Notes under the pieces: generated by a model | Databases searched by the model: none | What the model was told of the DNA's origin: nothing | What the model saw: the letters and a program-made list of their open reading frames with translations, nothing else | Part shown: piece after piece, positions 1 to 9,316 of the stretch | Layout of the letters: each line of letters opens with the position of its first letter | Position numbering within the stretch: the first letter of the stretch is position 1 | Position numbers and translations under genes: made by a program | NCBI GenBank assembly: GCA_009773755.1 | Contig: WSZJ01000004.1 | Span: 44,475-108,474, forward strand | Source of the DNA: Planctomycetota bacterium | GTDB lineage: Bacteria > Planctomycetota > MHYJ01 > WSZJ01 | DNA length: 64,000 nucleotides | Direction of reading: 5' to 3'

Positions 1-235
1 ATCCCGTCTTCCGCAGGTAGTCGTCGACCCTGCTGCTGAGGTCGGACGGCGGGTGATTCAGGCTGCCTGCCAGCCTGCGCACGACCTCCATGAGATTCGA
101 CTGTTTCGTCCGTCTTGCAGCGGTTCGCGCCAGGCGTTCCCGCGCAACCTCGGACTTCCCGATGCCGCGGCGGCGGCTTTCCGCCTCGATGTCCGCGGCG
201 AGAGAATCGGTAAGGCGGATGGTCAGCGACTTCAT
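1..235 (-). CDS. Ribbon-helix-helix (CopG/VapB-type) antitoxin-like protein, partial (3' end outside window)
   Basis: Manual reverse-strand translation from ATG at 235 gives MKSLTIRLTDSLAADIEAESRRRGIGKSEVARERLARTAARRTKQSNLMEVVRRLAGS... The short beta-strand followed by two helices is typical of RHH antitoxins. The ORF runs off the window start and is not in the ORF track. Confidence 0.5.
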   Translation of the reverse strand, partial: MKSLTIRLTDSLAADIEAESRRRGIGKSEVARERLARTAARRTKQSNLMEVVRRLAGSLNHPPSDLSSRVDDYLRKTG

Positions 236-278
236 GGATGTATTGTAAGACAGGGATGTCATGCGTGCAAGACAACCC

Positions 279-935
279 TCAGTCCCTTCTCGACCGGAAC
301 CTCGCCTTGTCGAGCTTCTTCATCGCCGTCGCCTCCGCCTCGCCGCTCGCCTTCAGGTGCAGGTCCGTGATCAGGCCGTCCTCGATCCCGTAGATCCATC
401 CGTGGACCGTCAGGTCGCGCTTCGCCTTCCACGCCTTGCGGACGACCGGCATCCGGCCCACGTTTCGAACCTGCTCGAGAACGTTGACCTCGCACAAGCG
501 CCGGAACTTCTCGGCGTACGAAGCGATCGCTTCCATCTCCTCAAAATGCGCCTCGTGCGCCTCGCGGATGTGCATGAGCCAGTTTTCCGCGAGCCCGAGC
601 TCCACGTCGTCCAGCGCGGCCTTCACGCCTCCGCAGCCGTAGTGGCCGCAGACGATGATGTGCTTCACCTTGAGCTGTTCCACCGCGTAGTGGATCGCCG
701 AGACGCAGTTCAGGTCGCTGGGGACGATGACGTTGGCGATGTTGCGGTGAACGAACAGCTCGCCGGGCTGCAGGCCGACGATGTCGTTGGCGTCCACGCG
801 CGAATCGGAACACCCGATCCAGAGATACTCGGGATTCTGGTGGTACTGGAGCTTCGCGAAATACTCCGGGTCGTCCTTCTTCTTCTGCGCGGCCCATTCG
901 CGGTTCTTGCGGAGGAGATTCTCGAGGCTTCGCAT
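279..935 (-). CDS. can: Beta-class carbonic anhydrase
   Basis: ORF 279..1031 trimmed to the Met at 935 (MRSLENLL). Carries the beta-CA zinc-ligand motifs GCSDSRV and CGHYGCGG. Lies 37 nt downstream of the heparinase-like gene on the same strand. Confidence 0.88.
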   Translation of the reverse strand: MRSLENLLRKNREWAAQKKKDDPEYFAKLQYHQNPEYLWIGCSDSRVDANDIVGLQPGELFVHRNIANVIVPSDLNCVSAIHYAVEQLKVKHIIVCGHYGCGGVKAALDDVELGLAENWLMHIREAHEAHFEEMEAIASYAEKFRRLCEVNVLEQVRNVGRMPVVRKAWKAKRDLTVHGWIYGIEDGLITDLHLKASGEAEATAMKKLDKARFRSRRD

Positions 936-972
936 GGTTACCCGTGAGTTTAGCGAACTTGCGCGGGAAACG

Positions 973-3768
973 TCACCTTGCCGGCCCCAGCGTCGCCTTG
1001 AAGACCGTCTTTTCGCCGGGCTTGAGCGCAATCCTGCGCGACCACTCCAGCGCGACCGGCTTTCCGCCGTCCGTCACGAACGGGTACCACGGGTAGCCGC
1101 CGCCGTCGAGCGCGTGACCGTCCGCAGGCGCCGGCCCGGCCGACGCGCGGTCGCCGGGCTTCAGCGTCAGTGCGACCGGAAGCACGGCGTCCTTCTGTTC
1201 GACGCGCCACGCGCCGTCCCTGCCTTCAATCTTCCCGAGGAAGCGCAGCCGGAACGTCGCTTCGAACACTCCCGCCTGCTCGGCCACAAGCGTGTCTTCG
1301 ACGACCAGCGGCTGCCCTCCCCCGCCGCTCAGCGTCCGCGTCCAGGTCGCTCCTGCGTAATTCCGGGTGCCGAGCATCACGGAGAATTTTCCGGGCTTCC
1401 CCGGCGTTTTCGGATCCGCCTTCACGACCTCCATCATGTTCGGCCCGGAGCCGAAATCGCCGGAAGCGCCGTCCAGCAACTCCCACGCCGGCTTCCCGTC
1501 GCGCTTCACCTCCAGCGTGCTGTGATGCGCCACGCCCGTGTTCGTGTAGCCGGCGTCGATGATCCAGAGCCGGCCGCCCGCCGCGTAGGACTCGATGGCC
1601 CCGAGATCTTCGTTCCCGTGCGACGCCCAGCCGATACCGTCGACGAGCAGGTACTCGGCGTCGGTCCCCCAGCCCGAGCGGTACTGCACCTTGTCGGCGC
1701 TTCGCTCGTAAGGCGGAGCGAGCGGTTTCGCGTGGCTCGCCCAGAAAACGGCGTTGCCGGTCTTCCCCGAGAGGTAGTCGTAGTACCCCTGCGTCATCGG
1801 GACGGCGGCGAGGCCGAGAAGGGGCTGAAGCGCGACCGATGTTTTTTTTGCGTCCGGCGCCGGAAGGAGGCCGCCCGTCGAAACGGATCCGTGACGGTAC
1901 GCGAACAGCTCGCGCGCGGGGCCGGACGCCGGGTGCGCCACGCGGTACCCCTCGATGAGCCGGTCCGTCAGAAACGTCGCCGGCTCCCACCCCGCGTCCG
2001 CCCGCATCAACTCCCAGAAATCCGCCGCGGTCCATTCCGCCGCGTGCCAGCAGTCGCCGTACGCCGCCGGAAGCATGAACGGATCGCGCACCGCGGCGAA
2101 GCGCAGCGCCGCTTCCGGCCACGCTGCCGCGCCGGGCCAGGTCTTGAGCGAAATTCCCTGTGCGCGGATCGTTTCGGCCGCCTGGAGAAATGTGCGGACC
2201 TCGTAATTCGCCGAGTCCTCCGGCGCGTGCCCCCAGAGCGCCGCGAAGTCCGCGATGTCGTCCACGTACGCCTTCCACGCCGCCGCGCGTCCCAGCCCGT
2301 ACATCCGCGAGTAATAAAGCCACGCCTGCACGAGCCCCGTCCCGAGCGCGGTCTGGTGGTTGTGCCGCATCCCGATCGCGCCGCGGTACGGCAACCCCGG
2401 AAACGCCCGCCCGTACCCCTGCGCCGTCTCGATGCACCTCTTCAGCAGCCCGTTCGCGATCTTCGCCCGGTCCTCCGAAGTCACCGAGGGCGATTCTTCC
2501 ACCTGGTCCCACCCGCGGATCAGCCCGCCCAGCACCATGTGCGTGTCCGCCCCCGACACGTACAAGTCCTCGTCGAACAACTTCAGGATCGAGCGGCGGA
2601 ACAGGTCGGCGAAGCGGTCGTTGCCGGTCCGCCAGTACGCGTCTCCCCATGCGGCAATCTGCTCCGCGAAAAACCTCCCCGAGAGTCCGCCGCCGGGCTT
2701 GTCGAGAAGCGCGATCTGCTCCTGCCAGAACGCGTCCTTGTCGCCGCGGATGTCGGGCCGGAGCTTCGCCCATCGTTCGCCGGGGCGCTCGACGAGGAAC
2801 TCCTCCCACACCAGCTCACCCCCTGCCTGCTTCGGCCGGAACGCATCGGCCGCGCGTGCGAGTCCGGCTTCGTCGGAAGCGGCGACGACGATGACGTTGG
2901 CCTTGCCGCGGAAGGGGCGGGCGAGCGTGCGGACCGCGTGGCCGCCCGGCCCCGGGACGGCGTGGTTTTCGACGATCCATCCGGCGCGGCGAAGCGCCTG
3001 CGCGAGCGGCCCGCCGCGCGCGGCGGTGACGACGATCAGGTTGGTGTCGGGCGGCACTTTATCGACGGCGGGGAATGCGGGAAGCGGTTCCTTGAATTCC
3101 GGCTCCGGGCGCGTCTCAAGCCCCAGCCGCGCCGCGAGCGCCGTCGCTATTTTTTTTTCGGGCTCGCACTCCGGCACCAGCACCACGCACGACGGCCCCT
3201 TCACGGCGCCTGACTTCAGCGCAGTCCGGTACGACGACTCCGCCGCCGCCTTCAGGGCCCCGTCCGCGCCGATCGAGGGGCACACGCCGAAGGCCACGTC
3301 CACCCGGGATAGATACGCTCCGTCTCCCGCCACCCACATCCGCGTCGCGGCCTGCCCTGCGGGCACCAGCACGCGGAAGGCCTTCATTGCCGCCGTCCAC
3401 GCGCCCTTCTCGCGGAATTCCGCAGTCTCGCGGCTCCGTCCCCCCGCTTCGTACCCGAACTTACCGCGCCGGTCGTCCCCGCAGATCATGTGCACGCTCA
3501 CCACGTACTCTCCCGCGCGCGGCGTCGGCGCCACCCACTCGCATTTCGCCCACGCCGACAGCGGCCAGGCCGCCTCCGCCGGCGGTTTGCCGCCGACTTC
3601 CACGCGAAGGCGCCTCATCGCTTCCACCGAAGCCGGCGCGTCGTCGAACGTGAATCCCGCCACCGGTTCGCCCGCGAGCAGCGGAGAAACCTCCTCGGGC
3701 GCGTCGCCGGCGGTCGAGACGCCTGCCAGGATGAATACGGCGATGAGGGGAAGCGCGTGGCGGCCCAT
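973..3768 (-). CDS. Secreted heparinase II/III-like (alginate-lyase-fold) protein
   Basis: ORF 973..3822 trimmed to the Met at 3768, which gives signal peptide MGRHALPLIAVFILAGVSTAG. The C-terminal half has a heparinase II/III-like signature (..WASHGNEDLGAIESYAAGGRLWIIDAGYT..HHSTLEV). Normal amino-acid composition over 930 aa. Confidence 0.7.
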   Translation of the reverse strand: MGRHALPLIAVFILAGVSTAGDAPEEVSPLLAGEPVAGFTFDDAPASVEAMRRLRVEVGGKPPAEAAWPLSAWAKCEWVAPTPRAGEYVVSVHMICGDDRRGKFGYEAGGRSRETAEFREKGAWTAAMKAFRVLVPAGQAATRMWVAGDGAYLSRVDVAFGVCPSIGADGALKAAAESSYRTALKSGAVKGPSCVVLVPECEPEKKIATALAARLGLETRPEPEFKEPLPAFPAVDKVPPDTNLIVVTAARGGPLAQALRRAGWIVENHAVPGPGGHAVRTLARPFRGKANVIVVAASDEAGLARAADAFRPKQAGGELVWEEFLVERPGERWAKLRPDIRGDKDAFWQEQIALLDKPGGGLSGRFFAEQIAAWGDAYWRTGNDRFADLFRRSILKLFDEDLYVSGADTHMVLGGLIRGWDQVEESPSVTSEDRAKIANGLLKRCIETAQGYGRAFPGLPYRGAIGMRHNHQTALGTGLVQAWLYYSRMYGLGRAAAWKAYVDDIADFAALWGHAPEDSANYEVRTFLQAAETIRAQGISLKTWPGAAAWPEAALRFAAVRDPFMLPAAYGDCWHAAEWTAADFWELMRADAGWEPATFLTDRLIEGYRVAHPASGPARELFAYRHGSVSTGGLLPAPDAKKTSVALQPLLGLAAVPMTQGYYDYLSGKTGNAVFWASHAKPLAPPYERSADKVQYRSGWGTDAEYLLVDGIGWASHGNEDLGAIESYAAGGRLWIIDAGYTNTGVAHHSTLEVKRDGKPAWELLDGASGDFGSGPNMMEVVKADPKTPGKPGKFSVMLGTRNYAGATWTRTLSGGGGQPLVVEDTLVAEQAGVFEATFRLRFLGKIEGRDGAWRVEQKDAVLPVALTLKPGDRASAGPAPADGHALDGGGYPWYPFVTDGGKPVALEWSRRIALKPGEKTVFKATLGPAR

Positions 3769-3899
3769 GGGAGTCGGGAGAGCGTATCCGAACGGCAAGC
3801 GCTTTGCTTCTTCTCCCTCCAACCCCGCGCGAACGGCCGACGCCGTCCGCGAACGGGGACAACTGTCCTCATCGCAGGGGTCACTCTTCGGGAGGGAAC

Positions 3900-4907
3900 A
3901 TGCTCCGCTTCAATCGCTGCCTTCAGGCCGCGTTCGCCTGCTCCGCGCTGGTCGCCGCCCTGATCCTCGCCGGGTGCCAACCTCACCATCACGATGACGA
4001 CGACGATGATGGTTCGCACAGCGGCGGGGGTGGAAGCGGTGGCGGCGGGGGCGGCGGGGGCGGGGGTGGCGGCGGCAGCAGCCTTGCTGACCTCGAGGAC
4101 GACGGCGCCTCGTACCAGCACTACGACTCCGAAGCAATCCCCGGTTTCCTTTTCAGCGCCGGCGGCGACGTGCGCAACAGCGGCGGCTCCTGGTCCGGCG
4201 GTTTCTGGGTCGATTTCTACGCTTCGGCGAACTCCACGATCACGACGTCCGACAGCTTCATCGGGTCGGTCTACGTCGGCAGCATCGCGCCGGACTCGTG
4301 GGCGAACGCCGACCTGCTCGTTTCTTTCCCCGACATCCCGCCCGGAATCTACTACGTCGGCTGGATTCTCGACGCTTCCTCGGTCGTCTCCGAGTCCGAC
4401 GAATCCGACAACGACGTCGTCATTTCCGGCTCGGCTCTTCTCGTCGAGGACGAATTCGAGCCCAACGATTCGATGTTCGCAGCCCATTTCCTCGGCGGCC
4501 CGAACACCCTCTACACCCTCGACGCCGCGATCAGCGAAGACGGCGACGAGGACTGGTTCTCGTTCACCCAGGATTTCGGCTTCGCAATCGACATCCTCCT
4601 TTCCGGCCTCCCCGACGATTACGACCTCGAGATCTACGCCGATGACGGTTCCCTGCTCGACTTCTCCAGCAGCGGCGGAACTTCCAGCGAGTCCGTCGGG
4701 TTCTTCGCACCCTACACCGGCTTCTATTTCATCCGCGTTGTCGGGTTCGGAAGCGCGAGAGGGATGGGGTGGGCGAGGGCCGGGGCTGGGGCTCGGGCGC
4801 GAGCCAGAAAATGCGGTGGCCCAATCCCCAGCCCCGGCGCCAGCCCGCCCAATCCCCATCCCGCCCTTCCCGATCCCCTGCCGTTTTTCCCATGTCATAA
4901 TCCGTCC
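3900..4907 (+). CDS. Lipoprotein with CARDB-like and PPC (pre-peptidase C-terminal)-like domains; no stop codon of its own
   Basis: ATG 3900 is preceded by GGAGGGA. Lipobox LILAGC, then HHH-D6 and a long Gly run. CARDB-like segment (..IYYVGWILDASSVVSESDESDNDV) is followed by a PPC-like segment (EFEPNDS..DEDWFSF..DYDLEIY..GFYFIRVVG). The frame stays open into the next gene, so the 3' end given is nominal. Confidence 0.6.
4761..4862. repeat. Imperfect G-rich/C-rich palindrome (terminator-like position, G-quadruplex-capable arm)
   Basis: GGGATGGGG (4761-4769) pairs with CCCCATCCC (4854-4862). GGGCG (4771-4775) pairs with CGCCC (4846-4850). GCCGGGGCTGGGG (4779-4791) pairs with CCCCAGCCCCGGC (4826-4838). 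The loop is ~34 nt. The left arm carries at least 6 runs of G3-G4. Confidence 0.7.
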
Positions 4908-7900
4908 ATGGCGCCCAGAGGCACCGTCACACTCGCCTTCTCAGATATTGAAGGCTCCACCTCCCACTGGGAACGCCTGGGCGAGAAATTCTCCGCTTCC
5001 CTCGCGCGCCATAACGAAATCATCCGCGCGTCCTTCGCCCGATTCCGCGGCTTCGAAGTCAAAACCGAGGGCGATTCGTTCATGGTCACCTTCGCTTCGG
5101 CCGACGACTTCGCGCTGGCCGCCCAGGAAGCGCTGGCGCGCGAGGCGTGGCCCGCGGAGGTCGGCGACGTGCGCGTCCGGATCGGACTGCACGTCGGCGA
5201 GCCTCTCGTCGTCGAGGAGGCGGGGCGCGTCGACTACCTCGGGCCCGTCGTCAACCGCGCCGCGCGGATCGCCCAGGCTGCCCATGGCGGCCAGATCCTC
5301 ATGTCGGAAGCGGCGCGCGCGGCGGCGGCCGGGGGATTGACGGACGCCTCCCTCGTCGATCTCGGGGACCACCGCCTCAGGAGCCTCGAGCGGCGCGAGC
5401 GCCTCTGGCAGGCTCTCCCGAAATCGCTCGCGTCGAGACGCTTTCCTGCCCCGGTCACGCTGACCGGCGCCGCGACAAATCTCCCGGCCCCCGCGAACTC
5501 ATTCGTCGGCCGCGAGCGCGAAGTCCGCGACATCGCCGCTCTCCTCGAAACCGCGCGCCTCGTTTCACTCACGGGCCCCGGCGGCACGGGCAAAACGCGG
5601 CTCGCCCTCCGCGTCGGCGCCGAAGTCCTCGACCGCTTCCCCGCCGGCGTCTGGTTCGTGGATCTCACCGAGACACGCGACGCGGCCGGCGTCTCCCAGT
5701 CGGTCGCCGCCGCCCTCGGCGTGCCGGTCACCGGCTGCTGCCCTCCGGAGGTCTTCGTCGGCGACCTCCTCGAGCTTCGCGGCGAGTTGCTCCTCATCCT
5801 CGACAATTTCGAGCAGGTCGTCGAAGCGGCGCCCGCCACCGTCGCGGCCTGGCTCCGCCGCGCGCCGAAAACGCGCATCCTCGCGACGTCGCGCTTCCTC
5901 CTCAACGTCGCCGGCGAACGCGAAGTCGCGCTCGAGCCGCTTCCCTCCCCGTCGAAACCCGGCGTCACGCCCACCGTCGCCGATGTCGCCGCGCACGACG
6001 CCACGCGGCTCTTTCTGGAGCGGGCGCGCGAGGCCGATCCTTCATTTGCGCTCACCCCGCAGAACGCCCCCGATGTCGCGGCGCTCTGCGCAGACCTCGA
6101 TGGAATGCCTCTCGCGCTCGAGCTCGCCGCGGCCCGCATCCGGATCCTCTCTCCCGCTCAGATCGTCTCCCGACTCGCCGACCGCTTCAAGATCCTCACC
6201 TCGACCCGCCGCGACCAGACCGCCCGCCAGCGTTCGCTCGAGGGCGCCATCGAATGGTCCTGGGCGCTCCTCTCCGACTGGGAACGCTCCGCCTTCAGCC
6301 AGCTCTGCACGTTTCACGGAGGCTTCTTTCTGGAAGCGGCGGAGGCCGTCCTCGACCTGTGCGAGTTCGTGAAGGCGCCGCCGGCCGTCGACGTCGTCCA
6401 GCAGCTCCGGGAAAAGTCGTTCCTGCGCGCCGCGGAGACCCCATTCGGCGTCAGGTACTCCTTCTACGTCGCGCTGCGCGATTTCGGCGAAGCGCGCCTC
6501 GCGCCGGAGGCGAAGCGTTCGCTCGCCGCACGGCGGGGAGGGTGGTTCTGCGACGCCGCGGAACATCTGGTCGCGCGGATTAACACGCCTGACGGCCCCG
6601 GCGCGCTCGTCCGGCTCGAACTCGAGCGGGACAACCTTCTGGCGGTCATCGACGCGGCGATCGCGACGGACGATCCGTCGACAGCGGCCCGCGCGACTCT
6701 TGCTCTCGACGAAGCGTTCGCCGTGCGCGGCCAGGCGAGCCCTCGCGTCGCGCTCCTCGCCCGTGTCCTTGCCTTCCTTCCGCCAGGCCCCGCCGTTCCC
6801 AGCCTCCGGGTCCGCTTCGCCTCGTCTCTCGCCGACGCGGGCGACCCCCGCGCCGCTCGCGAATCGGCGCTTCGCGCGCTTCGCGAAGCGCGCGAGGCAG
6901 GTCCCGCTTCTGCCGACATCCTCAACAGCGCCGCGATCGTGCTCGTCGGCGCCGGCGAGCAGCCCCTCGCGCACGAATTGTGGCGCGAGGCCGCCGTGCG
7001 AAACCGCGCTGAAGGCAACCCGCGTCTCGCCGTCAGCCTCAAGTCGAACGAAGCCGTCACTCTGGAACAGCAGGGAAGGCCGGCCGAAGCGCTCGAGGCC
7101 GCACGCGAGTGCCTCGCGCTCGCGCGCGCCCTCGGCAGTTTTTCTCTCCTCGGCCTGGCCCACTTCACGCTGGGAACCGCGCTCCGGTCATGCGGACGCG
7201 TCTCGGAGGCGCTGGAAAATCTCGCGGAAGCGGCGCGCCAGCAGGAAGCGATGGGCGCGATCGGTCGTGTCTCGCTCTGCCGGACGACAGGAGGCCGTCT
7301 CCTCGCGCACTTCGGCAGGGCCGAAGAAGGGCTCGCGTTGATCCGCCGCGGAATCGACGAATTGGCCCGGACCGGCGACCGGCAGAAACTCCTCTGGGCC
7401 CGGCTCGAAGAAGCCAACGCCCTCTTCCTCCTCGGCCGCAACGCCGAGGCGACCGCCCGCTTCGACGACATTCTCCGCCAGTCGCGTGAAGCCGGCTTTC
7501 CGCGCCTCATGTGCCTGTCGCTTCTCGACTCCGCCTACGCGCTGTTCCGCGCCGGCGATATCGAAGCGGCCGATCGTCGCTTCACGGAGGCGGTCGGGAT
7601 GCCTGAAATGCAGGTCGAGGAGCGGGAGCTCGGTCGCGCGCTCATTGGCCAGGGGCATGTCCTGCATCACCGGCTGCAGTTCGCCGCCGCCTGCGATCGG
7701 TACGCTGCCGCGGAGGCGCTCTTCCGGCGCCGGCACGACCGGCCCAATACCGCCGTCTGCATGATCAATCGAGCGAGCGTGATGGCGGAGGAAGACCGAT
7801 TTGACGAATCGCTTGCGGCGGCGACGGCGGCGCTGGAGATCGTGGGCGAATGGAAGGAGCCGGCGAATGTCCTGCATGCGCGAAACCTCCGCATCCAGGC

Positions 7901-8207
7901 GCTTCTCGGGCTGGGGCGGGCGGGTGAGGCGGAAGTAGAAGCGAGCTCCGCGCTGCCGATGGCAGAAGCGGGAGGCGGGGCGGTTGCCCGGTTCCGCGCG
8001 AGTATCGGCGCCAACCGCGCGGCGGCGCTTGTGGCGCTGGGGCGGAACGCCGAGGCTGTTGCCGAAGCCGCGCGGACGATCGAGGCGGTGCAGACGCTCG
8101 GCTGGCCCGGTCCGGTTGCGGCGCCGGAAGAGCCGCTGCGGCAGAATGAGCCCCCATGCCCTCCGCAGAGTTCTACCTCGACCGTTTCCAGCACCACAAA
8201 GCCGTAG
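4908..8207 (+). CDS. Class III adenylate/guanylate cyclase fused to NB-ARC-like P-loop NTPase and TPR repeats (STAND signalling protein)
   Basis: Starts MAPRGTVTLAFSDIEGSTSHWERLG, a typical cyclase N-terminus, with ..KTEGDSFMVTF..GPVVNRAARI. Walker A is LTGPGGTGKTRLAL (~5572-5596) and Walker B is LLILDNFEQV. Has an NB-ARC-like GMPLALELAA motif. The C-terminal ~500 aa are TPR-like helical repeats. Confidence 0.85.
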   Translation: MAPRGTVTLAFSDIEGSTSHWERLGEKFSASLARHNEIIRASFARFRGFEVKTEGDSFMVTFASADDFALAAQEALAREAWPAEVGDVRVRIGLHVGEPLVVEEAGRVDYLGPVVNRAARIAQAAHGGQILMSEAARAAAAGGLTDASLVDLGDHRLRSLERRERLWQALPKSLASRRFPAPVTLTGAATNLPAPANSFVGREREVRDIAALLETARLVSLTGPGGTGKTRLALRVGAEVLDRFPAGVWFVDLTETRDAAGVSQSVAAALGVPVTGCCPPEVFVGDLLELRGELLLILDNFEQVVEAAPATVAAWLRRAPKTRILATSRFLLNVAGEREVALEPLPSPSKPGVTPTVADVAAHDATRLFLERAREADPSFALTPQNAPDVAALCADLDGMPLALELAAARIRILSPAQIVSRLADRFKILTSTRRDQTARQRSLEGAIEWSWALLSDWERSAFSQLCTFHGGFFLEAAEAVLDLCEFVKAPPAVDVVQQLREKSFLRAAETPFGVRYSFYVALRDFGEARLAPEAKRSLAARRGGWFCDAAEHLVARINTPDGPGALVRLELERDNLLAVIDAAIATDDPSTAARATLALDEAFAVRGQASPRVALLARVLAFLPPGPAVPSLRVRFASSLADAGDPRAARESALRALREAREAGPASADILNSAAIVLVGAGEQPLAHELWREAAVRNRAEGNPRLAVSLKSNEAVTLEQQGRPAEALEAARECLALARALGSFSLLGLAHFTLGTALRSCGRVSEALENLAEAARQQEAMGAIGRVSLCRTTGGRLLAHFGRAEEGLALIRRGIDELARTGDRQKLLWARLEEANALFLLGRNAEATARFDDILRQSREAGFPRLMCLSLLDSAYALFRAGDIEAADRRFTEAVGMPEMQVEERELGRALIGQGHVLHHRLQFAAACDRYAAAEALFRRRHDRPNTAVCMINRASVMAEEDRFDESLAAATAALEIVGEWKEPANVLHARNLRIQALLGLGRAGEAEVEASSALPMAEAGGGAVARFRASIGANRAAALVALGRNAEAVAEAARTIEAVQTLGWPGPVAAPEEPLRQNEPPCPPQSSTSTVSSTTKP

Positions 8208-9316
8208 GACTGACCGCGCGCCGCGCGGGGAACTACAAAGAGGCGCGCTACCAGCTTCTGCGCGCCGCGGAGTACCTCATGCGTCTGGCGACCATGTCCG
8301 ACGGGAAGCTGAAAGAAACGCGCCTCAAGAACGCCCGCGATCTCGTCGATGTGGCGCGAGGCATGCCCGCCGGCGCGGCGGCTGAAGAGGAGCCGCAGGG
8401 CGGAGACGAGGGGGACAGCGGGCCGGGCCGGGAGGCGGCGCCGGCCGAGGGCGCGAAAAAAAAACAAGGAAAGGCAGGCGACTGGATCGTCCGCGAGAAG
8501 CCGAAGGTCAAGTTCGACGACATCGCGGGGCTGGAGGAAGCGAAGAAGCAGATCCGCATCAAGATGATCTACCCGTTCACGCACGCCGAAAAAGCAAAGA
8601 AGTACGGAGTGCAGAAAGGCGGCGGCATCCTGCTCTACGGCCCGCCCGGCACGGGGAAGACGATGATGGCCCGCGCGGTCGCCGCCGAGCTCGAGGCGAC
8701 CTTCTTCGTCGTCACTCCCTCGCGCATCCTGTCGAAATGGGTCGGCGAAGCCGAGAAGAACATCTCCAACCTCTTCACCGAGGCGCGCGGCATCGGCCGC
8801 TCGATCGTCTTCATCGACGAGATCGAATCGCTGCTGCCGTCCCGCCGCGACCAGGAATCCAACGTCATGCAGCGCCTCGTCCCCTCCATCCTCGGCGAGA
8901 TGGACGGCTTCGCCGGCAAGTCCGACGATCGCTCGATCCTGTTCATGGGCGCCACAAACGAACCCTGGGCCCTCGACTACGCCGCCATGCGCCCGGGCCG
9001 CTTCGACGAGAAGATCTTCATCGACCTCCCCGACGTCGCCGCGCGGCACCAGATCCTCAAGCTGAACCTCAAGGACGCCCCCGTCGCCGGCGGCCTCGAC
9101 CTCGGCGAACTCGCCAAGTGGCTCGAGGGGTACAGCGGCGCGGACATCGCGTACCTCGTGCGCAAGGTAAAGGAAGAACTGTTCGAGGACTCGGTCGAAG
9201 AAGGCGCCGACCGCGAGATGAGCCTCGCGGCGTTCCAGCAGGCGCTGGCGACCTTGAAGCCTAGCGTGGCGAAGGAAGACCTGAAGCGGTTCGAGGAGTT
9301 CAGGAAGAAATCGTGA
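8156..9316 (+). CDS. Vps4-like AAA ATPase with N-terminal MIT domain (meiotic-clade AAA)
   Basis: The N-terminus RAGNYKEARYQLLRAAEYLMRLA..KLKETRLKNARDLVDVARG resembles the human VPS4 MIT domain ([20 protein letters not shown]..). Walker A is GPPGTGKT, Walker B is IVFIDEIE, and pore loop 1 is SKWVGEAEK. Vps4/spastin-type C-terminus LKPSVAKEDLKRFEEF. Start overlaps the upstream gene by 52 nt. Confidence 0.85.
   Translation: MPSAEFYLDRFQHHKAVGLTARRAGNYKEARYQLLRAAEYLMRLATMSDGKLKETRLKNARDLVDVARGMPAGAAAEEEPQGGDEGDSGPGREAAPAEGAKKKQGKAGDWIVREKPKVKFDDIAGLEEAKKQIRIKMIYPFTHAEKAKKYGVQKGGGILLYGPPGTGKTMMARAVAAELEATFFVVTPSRILSKWVGEAEKNISNLFTEARGIGRSIVFIDEIESLLPSRRDQESNVMQRLVPSILGEMDGFAGKSDDRSILFMGATNEPWALDYAAMRPGRFDEKIFIDLPDVAARHQILKLNLKDAPVAGGLDLGELAKWLEGYSGADIAYLVRKVKEELFEDSVEEGADREMSLAAFQQALATLKPSVAKEDLKRFEEFRKKS

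Noticed and set aside
781-3213. 810-aa plus-strand ORF, and several other long ORFs overlapping the heparinase-like gene (for example 1226..2809 minus and 2360..3997 plus)
   Set aside because: They are antisense or out of frame to a protein with a clear signal peptide and family signature. Their translations are Arg/Pro/Ala/Gly-dominated low-complexity strings typical of GC-rich shadow frames.
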